A stretch of 38,433 nt of DNA from a virus (IMGVR_UViG_3300033067_001055:1-38433); one strand, 5' to 3'. Shown: positions 15,003 to 24,671, counted from the stretch's first letter. The notes: generated by a model not told the origin, from the sequence alone. Numbers and translations are program-made.

Positions 15003-15707
15003 ATGAGCAATCAGGACAGCAAATCAACGTCTATCTGGTGGCCGCGTTATGTTGGCGACTATCAACGCAAAACCGCTCACCTGACGCTGGCAGAGCATGG
15101 GGCTTACACCCTGCTGCTTGACCACTATTACGCAACGTCAAAACCACTTCCTGCAAATGCATCTGTTTTGCATCGCATTTGCAGAGCGTTTGCACCTGAT
15201 GAGCAACAGGCTGTGCAGAGTGTGATTGACCAATTTTTCACCTTAACCGAGGATGGCTATCACAACAAAAAGGCTGATGAACAGCTATCAAAGCGCGGAG
15301 AAATAAGCGAAAAACGCAAACGGGCGGCTGAAAAACGGCACAGCAAGCCTGATGCAAATGCACCTGCAAATGCATATGCAAATGCATGTCCAATTGCACC
15401 TACATCCACATCCACATCCACATCCACAGTTATAGTAACAACTAAAGATAATATACCGCCTGACGGCTTTGATGAGTTTTGGAAGGTTTACCCGAAACGG
15501 ATGGGAAAGGGCGCAGCAAGGAAATCATACGCAGCGGCGGTTAAGAAAGCTGACCCTGAGCGTATCATCAGCGCGGCAAAGGCATTTGCCAGCCTGCCGG
15601 AAACCAAGAAAGAAAATTACAAGTTCTGCCCATATCCTGCGACGTGGCTAAATCAGGAACGCTGGGCCGACGAGCCGGTGACGGTTAAGAGGGTGCCGCT
15701 AACATGA
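15003..15707 (+). CDS. Replication initiator, DUF1376/YdaU-like
   Basis: YVGDYQRKTAHLTLAEHGAYTLLLDHYY N-terminus; FDEFWKVYPKR...YPATWLNQERW C-terminus. Confidence 0.85.
   Translation: MSNQDSKSTSIWWPRYVGDYQRKTAHLTLAEHGAYTLLLDHYYATSKPLPANASVLHRICRAFAPDEQQAVQSVIDQFFTLTEDGYHNKKADEQLSKRGEISEKRKRAAEKRHSKPDANAPANAYANACPIAPTSTSTSTSTVIVTTKDNIPPDGFDEFWKVYPKRMGKGAARKSYAAAVKKADPERIISAAKAFASLPETKKENYKFCPYPATWLNQERWADEPVTVKRVPLT
15353..15428. repeat. Iteron-like repeats, probable replication origin
   Basis: TGCAAATGCA x3 at 12-bp period (15353, 15365, 15377; a further copy near 15152), followed by (ACATCC)x4. Confidence 0.7.
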
Positions 15708-16003
15708 GCTTGCATGACGCATTGGAACAGGCTGGCATAAGGCTAACGCAATACACCGAGGGCGTTAACCACAAGACGCTATGCCCGCATTGTTCGGCTA
15801 GCCGAAAGAAGGCTTGGCTAAAATGCTTATCGGTCAAGATTGAGGCAAATCAGGCGGTTTACGTTTGTTTTCACTGTGGCGCAAAGGGGGTAGTAAATGG
15901 GAACACTGACGAGCAAGGCGCTGGAATGGCTGGCGGCAAGAGGAATGGACGCGGCGGAGCTAGAACGCTTCGACCTGTCCGTAGAAAATCGGGCTGGATC
16001 TGA
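15704..16003 (+). CDS. Stand-alone primase zinc-binding domain
   Basis: CPHC...CLSV...CFHCGAKG. Confidence 0.75.
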   Translation: MSLHDALEQAGIRLTQYTEGVNHKTLCPHCSASRKKAWLKCLSVKIEANQAVYVCFHCGAKGVVNGNTDEQGAGMAGGKRNGRGGARTLRPVRRKSGWI

Positions 16004-17327
16004 CTGGCTGGTTATCCCTTACAAGCTTAACGGCGAAACCGTTAACCGCAAGTATCGGCGGCTTGATGCTAAGGAGTTCGCGCAGGACAAGGGCGGGGTT
16101 AAGTGTTTCTTTAACCATGACTGCCTGACTGACGCGACGCTGGCTGACCAAGCCGTGATTATCACCGAGGGCGAGTTTGACGCTATGGCGGCGATGCTGG
16201 CTGGCTTCCCGCGTGTGGTATCGGTGCCGGATGGTGCGCCAGCCGAGGCGCTGGGCGACCGGCAGTCCGAGAAATACAATTACCTTAACCTGAAAGACTT
16301 TGACGGGTGCCGCGAGATAATCTTGGCGGTGGATAACGACGCGCCGGGGGTTAATCTGCTTAACGACTTGGCAATCCGCTTTGGCCGGGAGCGGTGCAAG
16401 TATGTGACCTATCCCAAGCTGCGCGACGGCAGCCGCAGGTGTAAAGACCTTAACGAGGTATTGCTGACCTATGGCGCTAAGGGCGTGACGGAAACGATAG
16501 CGCGGGCGGCATGGGTGCAAACTGATGGCGTTTACCGTATGGAAGAATTGCCGCCGATTAACGACGCTCCCGGCTATCCCTGCCCGGTGGAAGGGCTGGC
16601 CGAGAGGTATATCTTGCGTAAGGGCGACTTCGTGGTGCTGACTGGTATCCCCGGCCATGGCAAGTCCAGCTTCATGAACGACGTGGCCTGCCGCATGGCC
16701 GCTAGGCATGGCTGGCGGGTAGCGTTTGCCAGCTTTGAGCAGTTGCCGCAGACTGACCATTTAAGAAACCTCCGCACTTGGTTTTTAGAAAAGCCGGTTA
16801 AGTATGCGACCGACACCGAAATTGCACACGCTGACAAGTGGATTAACGATCGGTTCAGGTTTATAGTTCCAAGCACTGACGACTTTGCCGATTTGGAATG
16901 GCTTGTGGAAAAGTGCGCTCAATCCGTTGTGCAGCATAACTGCGACATGATTGTGATTGACCCTTGGAACGAGGTTGACCATTGCCGGGAGCGCGATGAG
17001 AGCCTGACCGAATACACCGGCAGGGCTATCAAGCGGCTAAAGAAAATGGCGATTAAACTCAATGTTCACTTGGTAGTAGCGGCGCACCCTGCTAAAATGC
17101 GGCGGCAGGATGATGGCACTTACACACCGCCTAATCTTTACGATGTGTCGGACAGCCAGCATTGGTATAACAAGGCTGACATTGGCTTAACGGTGCATCG
17201 GCCTGACCCTGAGAGCGACCGCACCGAGGTGCATGTGACCAAGGCCAGATACCACACCATTAACGGGCAGATAGGCATGGCAAGCCTCAAGTATGACTTC
17301 CCGCGCAGGACTTACAGCCGTGGTTAA
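15897..17327 (+). CDS. Twinkle/T7 gp4-like TOPRIM primase-DnaB-type helicase
   Basis: ITEGEFDA, SVPDGA, AVDNDAPG, KDLNE; GIPGHGKS Walker A; IDPWN; AHP. Confidence 0.9.
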   Translation: MGTLTSKALEWLAARGMDAAELERFDLSVENRAGSDWLVIPYKLNGETVNRKYRRLDAKEFAQDKGGVKCFFNHDCLTDATLADQAVIITEGEFDAMAAMLAGFPRVVSVPDGAPAEALGDRQSEKYNYLNLKDFDGCREIILAVDNDAPGVNLLNDLAIRFGRERCKYVTYPKLRDGSRRCKDLNEVLLTYGAKGVTETIARAAWVQTDGVYRMEELPPINDAPGYPCPVEGLAERYILRKGDFVVLTGIPGHGKSSFMNDVACRMAARHGWRVAFASFEQLPQTDHLRNLRTWFLEKPVKYATDTEIAHADKWINDRFRFIVPSTDDFADLEWLVEKCAQSVVQHNCDMIVIDPWNEVDHCRERDESLTEYTGRAIKRLKKMAIKLNVHLVVAAHPAKMRRQDDGTYTPPNLYDVSDSQHWYNKADIGLTVHRPDPESDRTEVHVTKARYHTINGQIGMASLKYDFPRRTYSRG

Positions 17328-17730
17328 GCCAAGATGGAGCCGCCCAAAGCTACGCCGGGAAACGCCAGAGCAGGACTTGCAAATCATGATTGTGCGCTCC
17401 CGGCTAGAGCCTATGGTTAAGGCTGGCAAGTTGCTCGACTACCACGCCACGGCAAACGAGCTTGTCGGCATGGTTTACCAGACTAAGCCGTGGGCCAGCC
17501 AGCTAGCTAGCAAGATGGGCGTCAAGCGCGGGGTGCCAGACCTGACCTTGCGGGCGATTGGCCCGGATGGCAAAGGCCGGATATGCTGGATTGAGCTAAA
17601 GAGCGAGGTTGGCAGCCTGTCAGAGCCGCAGAAAGAGTTTAGGGATAGGACGCAAGCGGGCGGCTGGCCGTGGTATCTGGTGCGCTCGCTGGATGAGTTT
17701 GACGCGGCGGTTAAGGATTTCTTAAGTTAG
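17320..17730 (+). CDS. VRR-NUC nuclease
   Basis: EQDLQ, GVKRGVPDL, WIELK, LSEPQKEF; start uncertain (17293 or 17320). Confidence 0.85.
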   Translation: MVKPRWSRPKLRRETPEQDLQIMIVRSRLEPMVKAGKLLDYHATANELVGMVYQTKPWASQLASKMGVKRGVPDLTLRAIGPDGKGRICWIELKSEVGSLSEPQKEFRDRTQAGGWPWYLVRSLDEFDAAVKDFLS

Positions 17731-17760
17731 TTTTGGTTGTTTTGGGGCACAACCAAAAAA
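17731..17760. terminator. Bidirectional hairpin terminator
   Basis: TTTTGGTTGT-N8-ACAACCAAAA between convergent genes. Confidence 0.55.
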
Positions 17761-17998
17761 GCCTTTTTAAGCCACCGCTCATATGCGCAGGCAGTCCACA
17801 ACCTTAGCCTGTCATGGTAGGCGTCATGGCGCGGTTAATTACTCCGCTCCAAGTTGCACAACAACACTTATTCAACGTCTTGATGGTTGTTAATGCAAAT
17901 CTAATAAACCACAAAATACGCTAATTATAAAGTCAAAAAGAGGTTGGCCAATTGCTCCGCCAAGCAATGAGTTTTAGAGCGATAACCAAAAGTAACTA

Positions 17999-18385
17999 CT
18001 ATTTGCGGCTGGTAACTTTATTGCGCGAGTAGTCCGTAACCCCGTCCACGTTAGCTTGCTCATATGCCCGCAGTAGGTCAACAGACCACCCGGCAGCTAG
18101 CAGCCTGTCAGGCAACCGCTCCGGCAGCACGATTACAGGGCCGCTAGAGCGTAGGAGCAAGGCGCAGGCGTAAATGGTGGCGCTAGGCTTTACTGTCCAT
18201 TGCTGGGCCACGGCTGGGCGGCAGAGAGCATCGGCGGCGTCTATGTCCGGCACGGTGACAATCCGGGCAGCGTTAACCGGCTGGTGGTTAGCGGGCCAGC
18301 ATGTGCCGTTAGGGGCGCAGGTCAAGCCGGAATTAGCGCAACCAGCCAAAACCGAAACGCTCATAAGAAAAATAACGCGGAGCAT
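17999..18385 (-). CDS. Lipoprotein
   Basis: MLRVIFLMSVSVLAGC lipobox. Confidence 0.7.
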   Translation of the reverse strand: MLRVIFLMSVSVLAGCANSGLTCAPNGTCWPANHQPVNAARIVTVPDIDAADALCRPAVAQQWTVKPSATIYACALLLRSSGPVIVLPERLPDRLLAAGWSVDLLRAYEQANVDGVTDYSRNKVTSRK

Positions 18386-18546
18386 TACGGGTCATATGGT
18401 TTAATATATACGCAACCATCATTAGGATTTGTTACTAAAAAATAATTCTCGTTTATTTCAATAATAATTGTAGTGTTAGGTCTGATCACAAAGCTAGGTT
18501 TGTCTATCAGCTTGCGAGTGCCAGCCTTACGAGTAGATTTTTTCAT
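18385..18546 (-). CDS. 53-aa AT-rich hypothetical protein (absent from the ORF track)
   Basis: GGGGG RBS; MKKSTRKAG...IKPYDP; TAATG coupling to the lipoprotein. Confidence 0.55.
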   Translation of the reverse strand: MKKSTRKAGTRKLIDKPSFVIRPNTTIIIEINENYFLVTNPNDGCVYIKPYDP

Positions 18547-18555
18547 GATTTCCCC

Positions 18556-18633
18556 CTACGTTAACAGGAACAGCGCGAAGATGATAGCGCTCCACAGCGC
18601 GACGGATACGGCTTCAAGAATGATATGGTGCAT
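18556..18633 (-). CDS. 25-aa hydrophobic peptide (absent from the ORF track)
   Basis: AGGAGG RBS; MHHIILEAVSVALWSAIIFALFLLT. Confidence 0.5.
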   Translation of the reverse strand: MHHIILEAVSVALWSAIIFALFLLT

Positions 18634-19257
18634 TTAAGCCTCCTTAGCTTTTTTGGGTCGGGAAATTACCGTCTGCTTGCAACCGTCATGCTCGGTATGT
18701 TCTTTGACGGTAAAGGTTACTTCGGCAACCTGACCGTCAGCGGGAAGGCTGGAAACCGAGCCGCCAAAAAAAACATATTTGTTCATCTGCTCGTCGCGGA
18801 AAATTGCAAGGTAACGCATACCGTATGCGCCATGACCGAGCGCAACCCAGCGCAGGCAGGTTAACTTGCGGTTAATGCGCTCACCGACTGCACCCTGCCA
18901 CTGGCTTAACGCATTCTCGGCGCGGCGCTGGCGCACAATCTCGGCTTCCTCCGCAGCGTAACGCAACTGAGCAGCTTCACGGGCGGCGCGTTTCGCGTCA
19001 GCTTCGGTTTGTGCGGCAAGCTCGGCTGCGGTTGCGTGGCCGTATGGGTTAAGCTCAAACGGCACCACCTTAACAGGCTCACCAGCCTCAAGGGCTGCGG
19101 TAGCCTTGGCGCGGTCAAGGTCGATGCCCAAGTTGCGGATATACTGGTCGCGGACGCGCACAGAGCCATCCGCGCAACGCTCCTCGAAGCGCACACGCAG
19201 GGTATATTGGGCGTTTTTAGCGCCAGAAGAAATATAAAACTCGTTATCGCCGAGCAT
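18634..19257 (-). CDS. Hypothetical protein with possible C-terminal OB-fold
   Basis: GAVGER...FTVKEHTEHDGCKQTVISRP; GGAGGGTAACATG start. Confidence 0.7.
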   Translation of the reverse strand: MLGDNEFYISSGAKNAQYTLRVRFEERCADGSVRVRDQYIRNLGIDLDRAKATAALEAGEPVKVVPFELNPYGHATAAELAAQTEADAKRAAREAAQLRYAAEEAEIVRQRRAENALSQWQGAVGERINRKLTCLRWVALGHGAYGMRYLAIFRDEQMNKYVFFGGSVSSLPADGQVAEVTFTVKEHTEHDGCKQTVISRPKKAKEA

Positions 19258-19300
19258 GTTACCCTCCAAAGTTGATGCCGTGTCCAGCGGCTATGTCCTG

Positions 19301-19329
19301 TATATAGCGCAACATTGCGTCAATGTCAT
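19301..19329 (-). promoter_or_regulatory. Leftward promoter with palindromic operator
   Basis: ATGACA-17-TATATA; spacer contains CGCAATGTTGCG. Confidence 0.5.
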
Positions 19330-19437
19330 GTAGTTTGTTTCCATATCTGCCATGCTGCTATTGCATGGCGCGGCAAAAGGTGGTAAAAAGTAACCAACCA
19401 TGCTTGCAAAACATTAACACTGACAACAGGTTAACAA

Positions 19438-19749
19438 ATGGCGGCTAGAACACGCAGGGGCGTCGGACATTTGCCAGAAGATTGGCGGCAGAAAGTCCAG
19501 ATTACCAAGATATTGCAGCGGCTTGAAGCTTGCGCGAATGGCGATGTAGTGATGGGGCCAGATCAGATAGCGGCGGCCAAGATAATCCTTAACAAGCTGC
19601 TGCCTGACATGAAAGCCGTTGAGCTATCAGGGCCAGAGGGCGGGCCGGTTATGACTGCCAACCTGAGCAGCGACGACCTAAAGGACAGAGTACTAAAGGC
19701 AATACCGCAGGCAGAGCTTGACAAGCTGCTAGAGGCTATTAGAAAATAA
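19438..19749 (+). CDS. Terminase small subunit
   Basis: QIAAAKIILNKLLPDMKAVELSG; upstream of TerL. Confidence 0.7.
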   Translation: MAARTRRGVGHLPEDWRQKVQITKILQRLEACANGDVVMGPDQIAAAKIILNKLLPDMKAVELSGPEGGPVMTANLSSDDLKDRVLKAIPQAELDKLLEAIRK

Positions 19750-19786
19750 CCCATCGCGTCACTAGAGCCGGAAGGACACAAGACGG

Positions 19787-20017
19787 ATGAACAAGCTGTT
19801 AATCATATCACTGCTGGCGCTTACTGCCTGCACAACTCCCAAGACAATCATGCGAAACGATGCCGGACAGGTGCAAGTCTGCGGCGGCAATGTTTCAAGC
19901 TCGCTCGCTGGCGGTGCCATTGGCTACCACATTCAGCGCGGCAATGATGCCGAGTGCGTAAAGGACTTAGAGGCGCAGGGCTTTAAGCCAGTGCCGGGGC
20001 AGGCTAAAATTGATTGA
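19787..20017 (+). CDS. Small lipoprotein
   Basis: MNKLLIISLLALTAC lipobox. Confidence 0.75.
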   Translation: MNKLLIISLLALTACTTPKTIMRNDAGQVQVCGGNVSSSLAGGAIGYHIQRGNDAECVKDLEAQGFKPVPGQAKID

Positions 20018-20228
20018 TATTCAAAAATTGCCCATTGTTGACCATGCTGGCAAAAAATACCGGCTGCTTAACCGTAAGGTTTACCAGCAGGATATCTGCG
20101 GTTGGAAAAAAGCAATATTTGGAAAATTACCAACTTTCGCAGATTATGAAGACTACTTTGTCAAAATGGATGCCCTTGTTGGAAACGGGGTTATAATCGG
20201 CGCGATAAACACAGAAAATGCTGGATAA
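20010..20228 (+). CDS. AT-rich hypothetical protein
   Basis: Fills the gap and overlaps both neighbours; TTG start. Confidence 0.5.
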   Translation: MIDIQKLPIVDHAGKKYRLLNRKVYQQDICGWKKAIFGKLPTFADYEDYFVKMDALVGNGVIIGAINTENAG

Positions 20229-21648
20229 GCTCAAGCTATCCGTCGAGGATATCATCTTCGAGCAAGAGCGCCGGAAATACCGCCGCATTGATTACTTGTT
20301 TCCCGATGCTGGCGAGTTTCCCCGCGACGGTTACAAAAAGCACCTAGATTTCTTTGAGGCTACCAAGTCCTACCGCGAGATTGCCTTTATCGCTGGCAAC
20401 CGCACCGGCAAGTCTGAGGCTGGAGCCTATGCAGTGGCGTTATGGCTAACGGGTGAATATCCGCACTGGTGGAATGGCCGCGTATTTGCCAAGCCAACGA
20501 ATATCCTAGTGGCTGGCGAAACCAGCAAGCTGGTGCGCGACAGTATGCAGTTCAAGCTAGCAGGGCCGCCCGGCCGCATTGGCGAGGGCATGATACCGCG
20601 TGAGCATATTGTGCGCTGCACGTCAAAGTCAGGCGTTCCTGATGCGCTGGATACCATCGTGGTCAATCACAAGTCAGGCGGTGAGAGCATTGTGCAGTTT
20701 CAGTCCTATGACCAAGGCCGCGAGGCGTTTCAGGCTACCGCTCGGGACGTGGTGTGGCAGGACGAGGAGCCGCCGCTATCGGTTCATAACGAGTGCTTAA
20801 TCCGTACCATGACCACGCGGGGCCTTGTAATGCTCACCTTTACGCCGCTCAAGGGCCGGTCAGATACGGTTAACAGCATTTTTGAGAAAGCCGAAAAGGG
20901 CAGCGCAAAGATAGTCACGGCGACGTGGGATGATGCACCGCACCTAAGCGAGCAGGATAAGAGCGAGCTAATGGCCGCTCTGCCGCCGTATCAGCGCGAT
21001 GCTCGGTCAAAGGGCATACCGCAGCTAGGCTCTGGCGCGGTTTACCCGGTGCCGGAAACTGACTTTTTGGTTGATCCGTTTATGATACCAAAGCACTACC
21101 GCCGCGCCTACGGTATGGACGTTGGCTGGAATTACACCGCCGCTTGCTGGGGTGCATATGACCCTGAACATGACGTGCTTTACATAACGCACGATTACAA
21201 ACGCTCACAGGCCGAGCCGAGCAGCCACGCAGATGCAATCCGCGTTAAGGGCGTAAAGAAGGGCGTGATTGACCCGGCCAGCCAAGGCCGTTCGCAGGAC
21301 GATGGCAAGAAACTGGTTGACCTTTACCGGATGCTTGGCCTTGACCTGACGCTGGCTGACAATGCGGTAGAGGCTGGAATATTCGAGTTCTACCAGCGGC
21401 TGACCACAGGGCGGTTAAAGGTATTCAAGACATGCCAAGCGTTCCTAGAGGAATATCGGCTATATCGCCGCGACGAAAAGGGCCGCATTGTTAAAGAGAA
21501 TGACCATGTGCTAGACGCAGCGCGTTACTTGTGCCGTTCAGGCTTGCAGGTTGCCGAGGCTGGCGAAGTTAAGCCAGACATGAGCATGATTGACCCGTAT
21601 GCAGCGCGAGTGTATCGCGGCGGTGGTTCTAGCTGGATGGCCGACTAG
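20218..21648 (+). CDS. terL: Terminase large subunit, P22-like
   Basis: AGNRTGKS, QDEEPP, LTFTPLKG, GMDVGW, NDHVLDAARY. Confidence 0.95.
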   Translation: MLDKLKLSVEDIIFEQERRKYRRIDYLFPDAGEFPRDGYKKHLDFFEATKSYREIAFIAGNRTGKSEAGAYAVALWLTGEYPHWWNGRVFAKPTNILVAGETSKLVRDSMQFKLAGPPGRIGEGMIPREHIVRCTSKSGVPDALDTIVVNHKSGGESIVQFQSYDQGREAFQATARDVVWQDEEPPLSVHNECLIRTMTTRGLVMLTFTPLKGRSDTVNSIFEKAEKGSAKIVTATWDDAPHLSEQDKSELMAALPPYQRDARSKGIPQLGSGAVYPVPETDFLVDPFMIPKHYRRAYGMDVGWNYTAACWGAYDPEHDVLYITHDYKRSQAEPSSHADAIRVKGVKKGVIDPASQGRSQDDGKKLVDLYRMLGLDLTLADNAVEAGIFEFYQRLTTGRLKVFKTCQAFLEEYRLYRRDEKGRIVKENDHVLDAARYLCRSGLQVAEAGEVKPDMSMIDPYAARVYRGGGSSWMAD

Positions 21649-21653
21649 CCTAG

Positions 21654-21682
21654 TTGCCAATAGTTACCAATTAGTGTATTAT
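21654..21682 (+). promoter_or_regulatory. Promoter for head genes
   Basis: TTGCCA-17-TATTAT with tandem TAGTTRCCAA repeat. Confidence 0.55.
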
Positions 21683-21760
21683 ATATTCGGCCTGCTTCTT
21701 GCGGCTTCATAAGGCGCGGTTCCGCAGCCATACGCTAACCCACAGCTACATGATGGGAAC

Positions 21761-23806
21761 GTGGCAGACTACTCCGACGACGAGCAAGCTGTTGACGATG
21801 TTGTCAAGCGGGCGATGGCTAGGGCCAGCGACGCTATGGACACATGGCGGGAGATTTACGACAAGGCCCGCGAGGATTTGAAGTTTCTTTCAGACGACCC
21901 ATGCGCTCAGTGGGATGATGCTGACTATCAGGCAAGGCTTAACAAAAAGCGGCCAGTGTTGACGGTTGACCAGCTAACGCAGTTTGTTAACCAAGTCAGC
22001 AACAACATCCGCATGAACACGCCGAGTATTAACGTTATCCCTAACGATGACACGGCCAAGCCTGAAATTGCCGAGATATTCAAAGGCCGAATTAAGGATA
22101 TTGAGCATAGCAGTAAGGCTGATGATGCTTACGACAATGCTGTTAACTCAGCTATTAAATGCTCGATTGGCTTCATCCGCGTTGACCATCAATACAAGGA
22201 CGATGTGACGTTTGAGCAGGAAATCCTGATTAAGCGCGTAGTTAACCCGTTCTCAGTTATCCTTGACCCGGCCAGCGTTGAGCCGGACGGATCTGATGCT
22301 GACTGGTGCTTAGTGGTTGATGAAATTACCGAGACGCAGTTCAAGCGTGAATATCCCGGCGAGGATTGCGTTTCTTTCTGTTTTGATGGCGACCCTGAGA
22401 GTGACCGCAAAAACAAGGTGGTCAAGGTTGCCGAATACTTTGAAATCAAGCGTGAGGAAAAGACCATTGCGCTGTTGCCTGATGGCTCGATTGTAGAAGC
22501 TGTTGCAGGCCAGCCGTATGAGCGCACCCGCAAGCTAGAGCGCCGCATTGTTAAGCGTTACAAGCTGTCGGGTGCCAAGGTGCTGGGAGAAACCACATTC
22601 CCCGGCAAGTATATCCCGCTGGTGCCTGTTTATGGCGAGGAAGCATGGCAAGGCTCCACCCGCAAGCTTAACAGCCTCATCCGCCGCGCCAAAGACGCGC
22701 AGCGCATGTTTAACTACTGGAAAACAATGGAAGCCGAGTTGCTTATTCGCGCTCCCAAGTCAGTAGCTATTGCGGCCGTTGGCACGACTGAGGACTTTGA
22801 GAAGGATTGGCAAAACCCTGACAAGGCCGCTGTCCTGCGTTACACGCCGAAGATGGCACCTAACGGCCAGTTCCTGCCGCCGCCTACGCTTAACCCGCCT
22901 CCGCCTATTCCAGCCGGTGTTGTCAATGCGTCAATGGCCGCGCAGAATGACATTAAATCGACGATGGGCCTTTACAACGCTTACATCGGCGAGCGCAGCA
23001 ACGAAACCTCTGGCGTAGCTATTCAGGCCCGCAAGATTGAGGGCGAGCGGGCTGTTTATCACTTTGGCGACAATCTGGTGCGCTCAATTACCCAAGTCGG
23101 CCGTATCTTGGTGAGCATGATACCGGTGATTGACGATACGCCTAAGTTTATTCGCATCATTGACGAAAGCGGCGATACCAAGCTAGTCGGCATTAACGGT
23201 GCGCTGGCCGAAGGCCAAGAGCAGAGCTACAACTTGTCAGAGGGCCAATACAGCGTCCGCGTCACGACTGGCGGCAGCACTCCGACGATGCGCCAAGAGG
23301 CGGCTTTGCTGTTCAAGGACATTATCACCGCTCAGCCTGAAATGATGATGGTGCTAGGCGACCTGATGTTTAAGTATCAAGACTTTCCCGGCGCTCAGGC
23401 TGTTGCCGAGCGGCTTAAAAAGCTACTGCGTCCTGAGTTGCAGGAAGATGACGGCCAAGACCCGCAGATGATGGCGCTGGCGCAGGAAAACGAGCAGCTA
23501 AAGGGTGCCATTGCCCAGCTACAGGCAGAAATGCAAAGCAAGCAGGCAGAGCTACAGCTAAAGCAGCAGGAAATCGCCGTTAAGGCGCAGGGCGAGCAGA
23601 ACGATGGCCAGCTAGAGCTTGCCAAGTTGCAGCTAGACGAGGCCCGGCTAGTGGCTGAAATCAGGATTAAAGAACAGGAGATGGCGCTAAAGGCCCGCGA
23701 GCTTGCGATAAAGGAAGCCGAGGCTGTTAGCGATCTCAACAGAATGGCGGGCGCTGTTGCCCAGCCGCAAACAGGCCAACAGGGCCAAACAGGGAGCGTA
23801 GTATAA
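21761..23806 (+). CDS. Portal protein, P22-like
   Basis: GKYIPLVPVYG, AKDAQRMFNY, NETSGVAIQAR, C-terminal coiled barrel. Confidence 0.92.
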   Translation: MADYSDDEQAVDDVVKRAMARASDAMDTWREIYDKAREDLKFLSDDPCAQWDDADYQARLNKKRPVLTVDQLTQFVNQVSNNIRMNTPSINVIPNDDTAKPEIAEIFKGRIKDIEHSSKADDAYDNAVNSAIKCSIGFIRVDHQYKDDVTFEQEILIKRVVNPFSVILDPASVEPDGSDADWCLVVDEITETQFKREYPGEDCVSFCFDGDPESDRKNKVVKVAEYFEIKREEKTIALLPDGSIVEAVAGQPYERTRKLERRIVKRYKLSGAKVLGETTFPGKYIPLVPVYGEEAWQGSTRKLNSLIRRAKDAQRMFNYWKTMEAELLIRAPKSVAIAAVGTTEDFEKDWQNPDKAAVLRYTPKMAPNGQFLPPPTLNPPPPIPAGVVNASMAAQNDIKSTMGLYNAYIGERSNETSGVAIQARKIEGERAVYHFGDNLVRSITQVGRILVSMIPVIDDTPKFIRIIDESGDTKLVGINGALAEGQEQSYNLSEGQYSVRVTTGGSTPTMRQEAALLFKDIITAQPEMMMVLGDLMFKYQDFPGAQAVAERLKKLLRPELQEDDGQDPQMMALAQENEQLKGAIAQLQAEMQSKQAELQLKQQEIAVKAQGEQNDGQLELAKLQLDEARLVAEIRIKEQEMALKARELAIKEAEAVSDLNRMAGAVAQPQTGQQGQTGSVV

Positions 23807-24648
23807 TGGTAAAGGAAAACACCGATGCAACTCAGGCTGGTGAAACCACCGAGCCGGGCGCTGACGTAGCGGTTGAGGTTGAAACCGAAGGCAAAGAGGA
23901 AGCCGAAGGCGAAGCTGATAAAGGCGATGACGATGGCGAAGGCCAGAGTGAAAACAAGCCGGAAGGTGACGCTAAAAAGGACGAGCCGTTTTCCAAAAAG
24001 GCTGTTAACGCACTTAACCGCGTCAAGCGGGAAAAGCGGCAGCTACGCGCTCAGGTTAAGGCACTAGAGGCCAAGATAGCCGAGCTGAAGGGCGCGGGCC
24101 TAGACGCATCGCTAAAGGCTCCTGACCCCAAGGACTTTGATAGCTACACGGATTTGCTTGAAGCAAAGACTGACTACAAAATCCGCAAGGAAATGCAGGA
24201 AGCCAACAAAAACGGGCAGATTGAAGCTCTGAACGCACAAAAGCAGCAGGTATATGCACAGCGCGATGCCGAAATCGCAAGAGTGGCACAGGAAACAGCT
24301 AAGGCGTTGCCTGATTTGCCCAACGTGATTGGCGAAGTGCAGCAATATCTGGGTGACATTGACCCTGCAGTAGAGGAAATCATCTACGACTTGGACAATC
24401 CGTCACTGGCTGTTTACGTGCTGGCTAAGGAAGGAACGCTGGTTGACGTGCTTAACGCGACACCTGCGCTTGCCGCCGCCAAGCTTCTAGCAGCCCAGCA
24501 GCGCGGGGAGCATTTCATGGCTTCCACGCGGGCAAAGCAGACACCAAGCGCCCCTGAACCGATGCGTGGTGCAAAGGGAACGGGCGCAGTAGCCAAGCCG
24601 CTTGAAAGCCGCTCGCCTAACGAGTTGCTCAAGTGGATGCGGACTTAA
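23806..24648 (+). CDS. Scaffolding protein
   Basis: Acidic N-terminus, coiled coil, located between portal and coat. Confidence 0.8.
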   Translation: MVKENTDATQAGETTEPGADVAVEVETEGKEEAEGEADKGDDDGEGQSENKPEGDAKKDEPFSKKAVNALNRVKREKRQLRAQVKALEAKIAELKGAGLDASLKAPDPKDFDSYTDLLEAKTDYKIRKEMQEANKNGQIEALNAQKQQVYAQRDAEIARVAQETAKALPDLPNVIGEVQQYLGDIDPAVEEIIYDLDNPSLAVYVLAKEGTLVDVLNATPALAAAKLLAAQQRGEHFMASTRAKQTPSAPEPMRGAKGTGAVAKPLESRSPNELLKWMRT

Positions 24649-24671
24649 CCAACTGACTACGGAGAGAAACC

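Noticed and set aside
15402-15428. ACATCC tandem repeat as a phase-variation locus
   Set aside because: The 6-bp unit keeps the frame and encodes the usual TSTSTS linker beside the iterons of phage initiators
15880-15900. Programmed frameshift at AAAGGGGG fusing the Zn-finger to TOPRIM
   Set aside because: The target frame has TAG TAA immediately after the run and before the TOPRIM ATG
7792-19268. CRISPR array or integron attC sites from the repeated motif
   Set aside because: Copies are short, dispersed, non-palindromic and always coincide with RBS plus ATG; no cas genes or integron integrase
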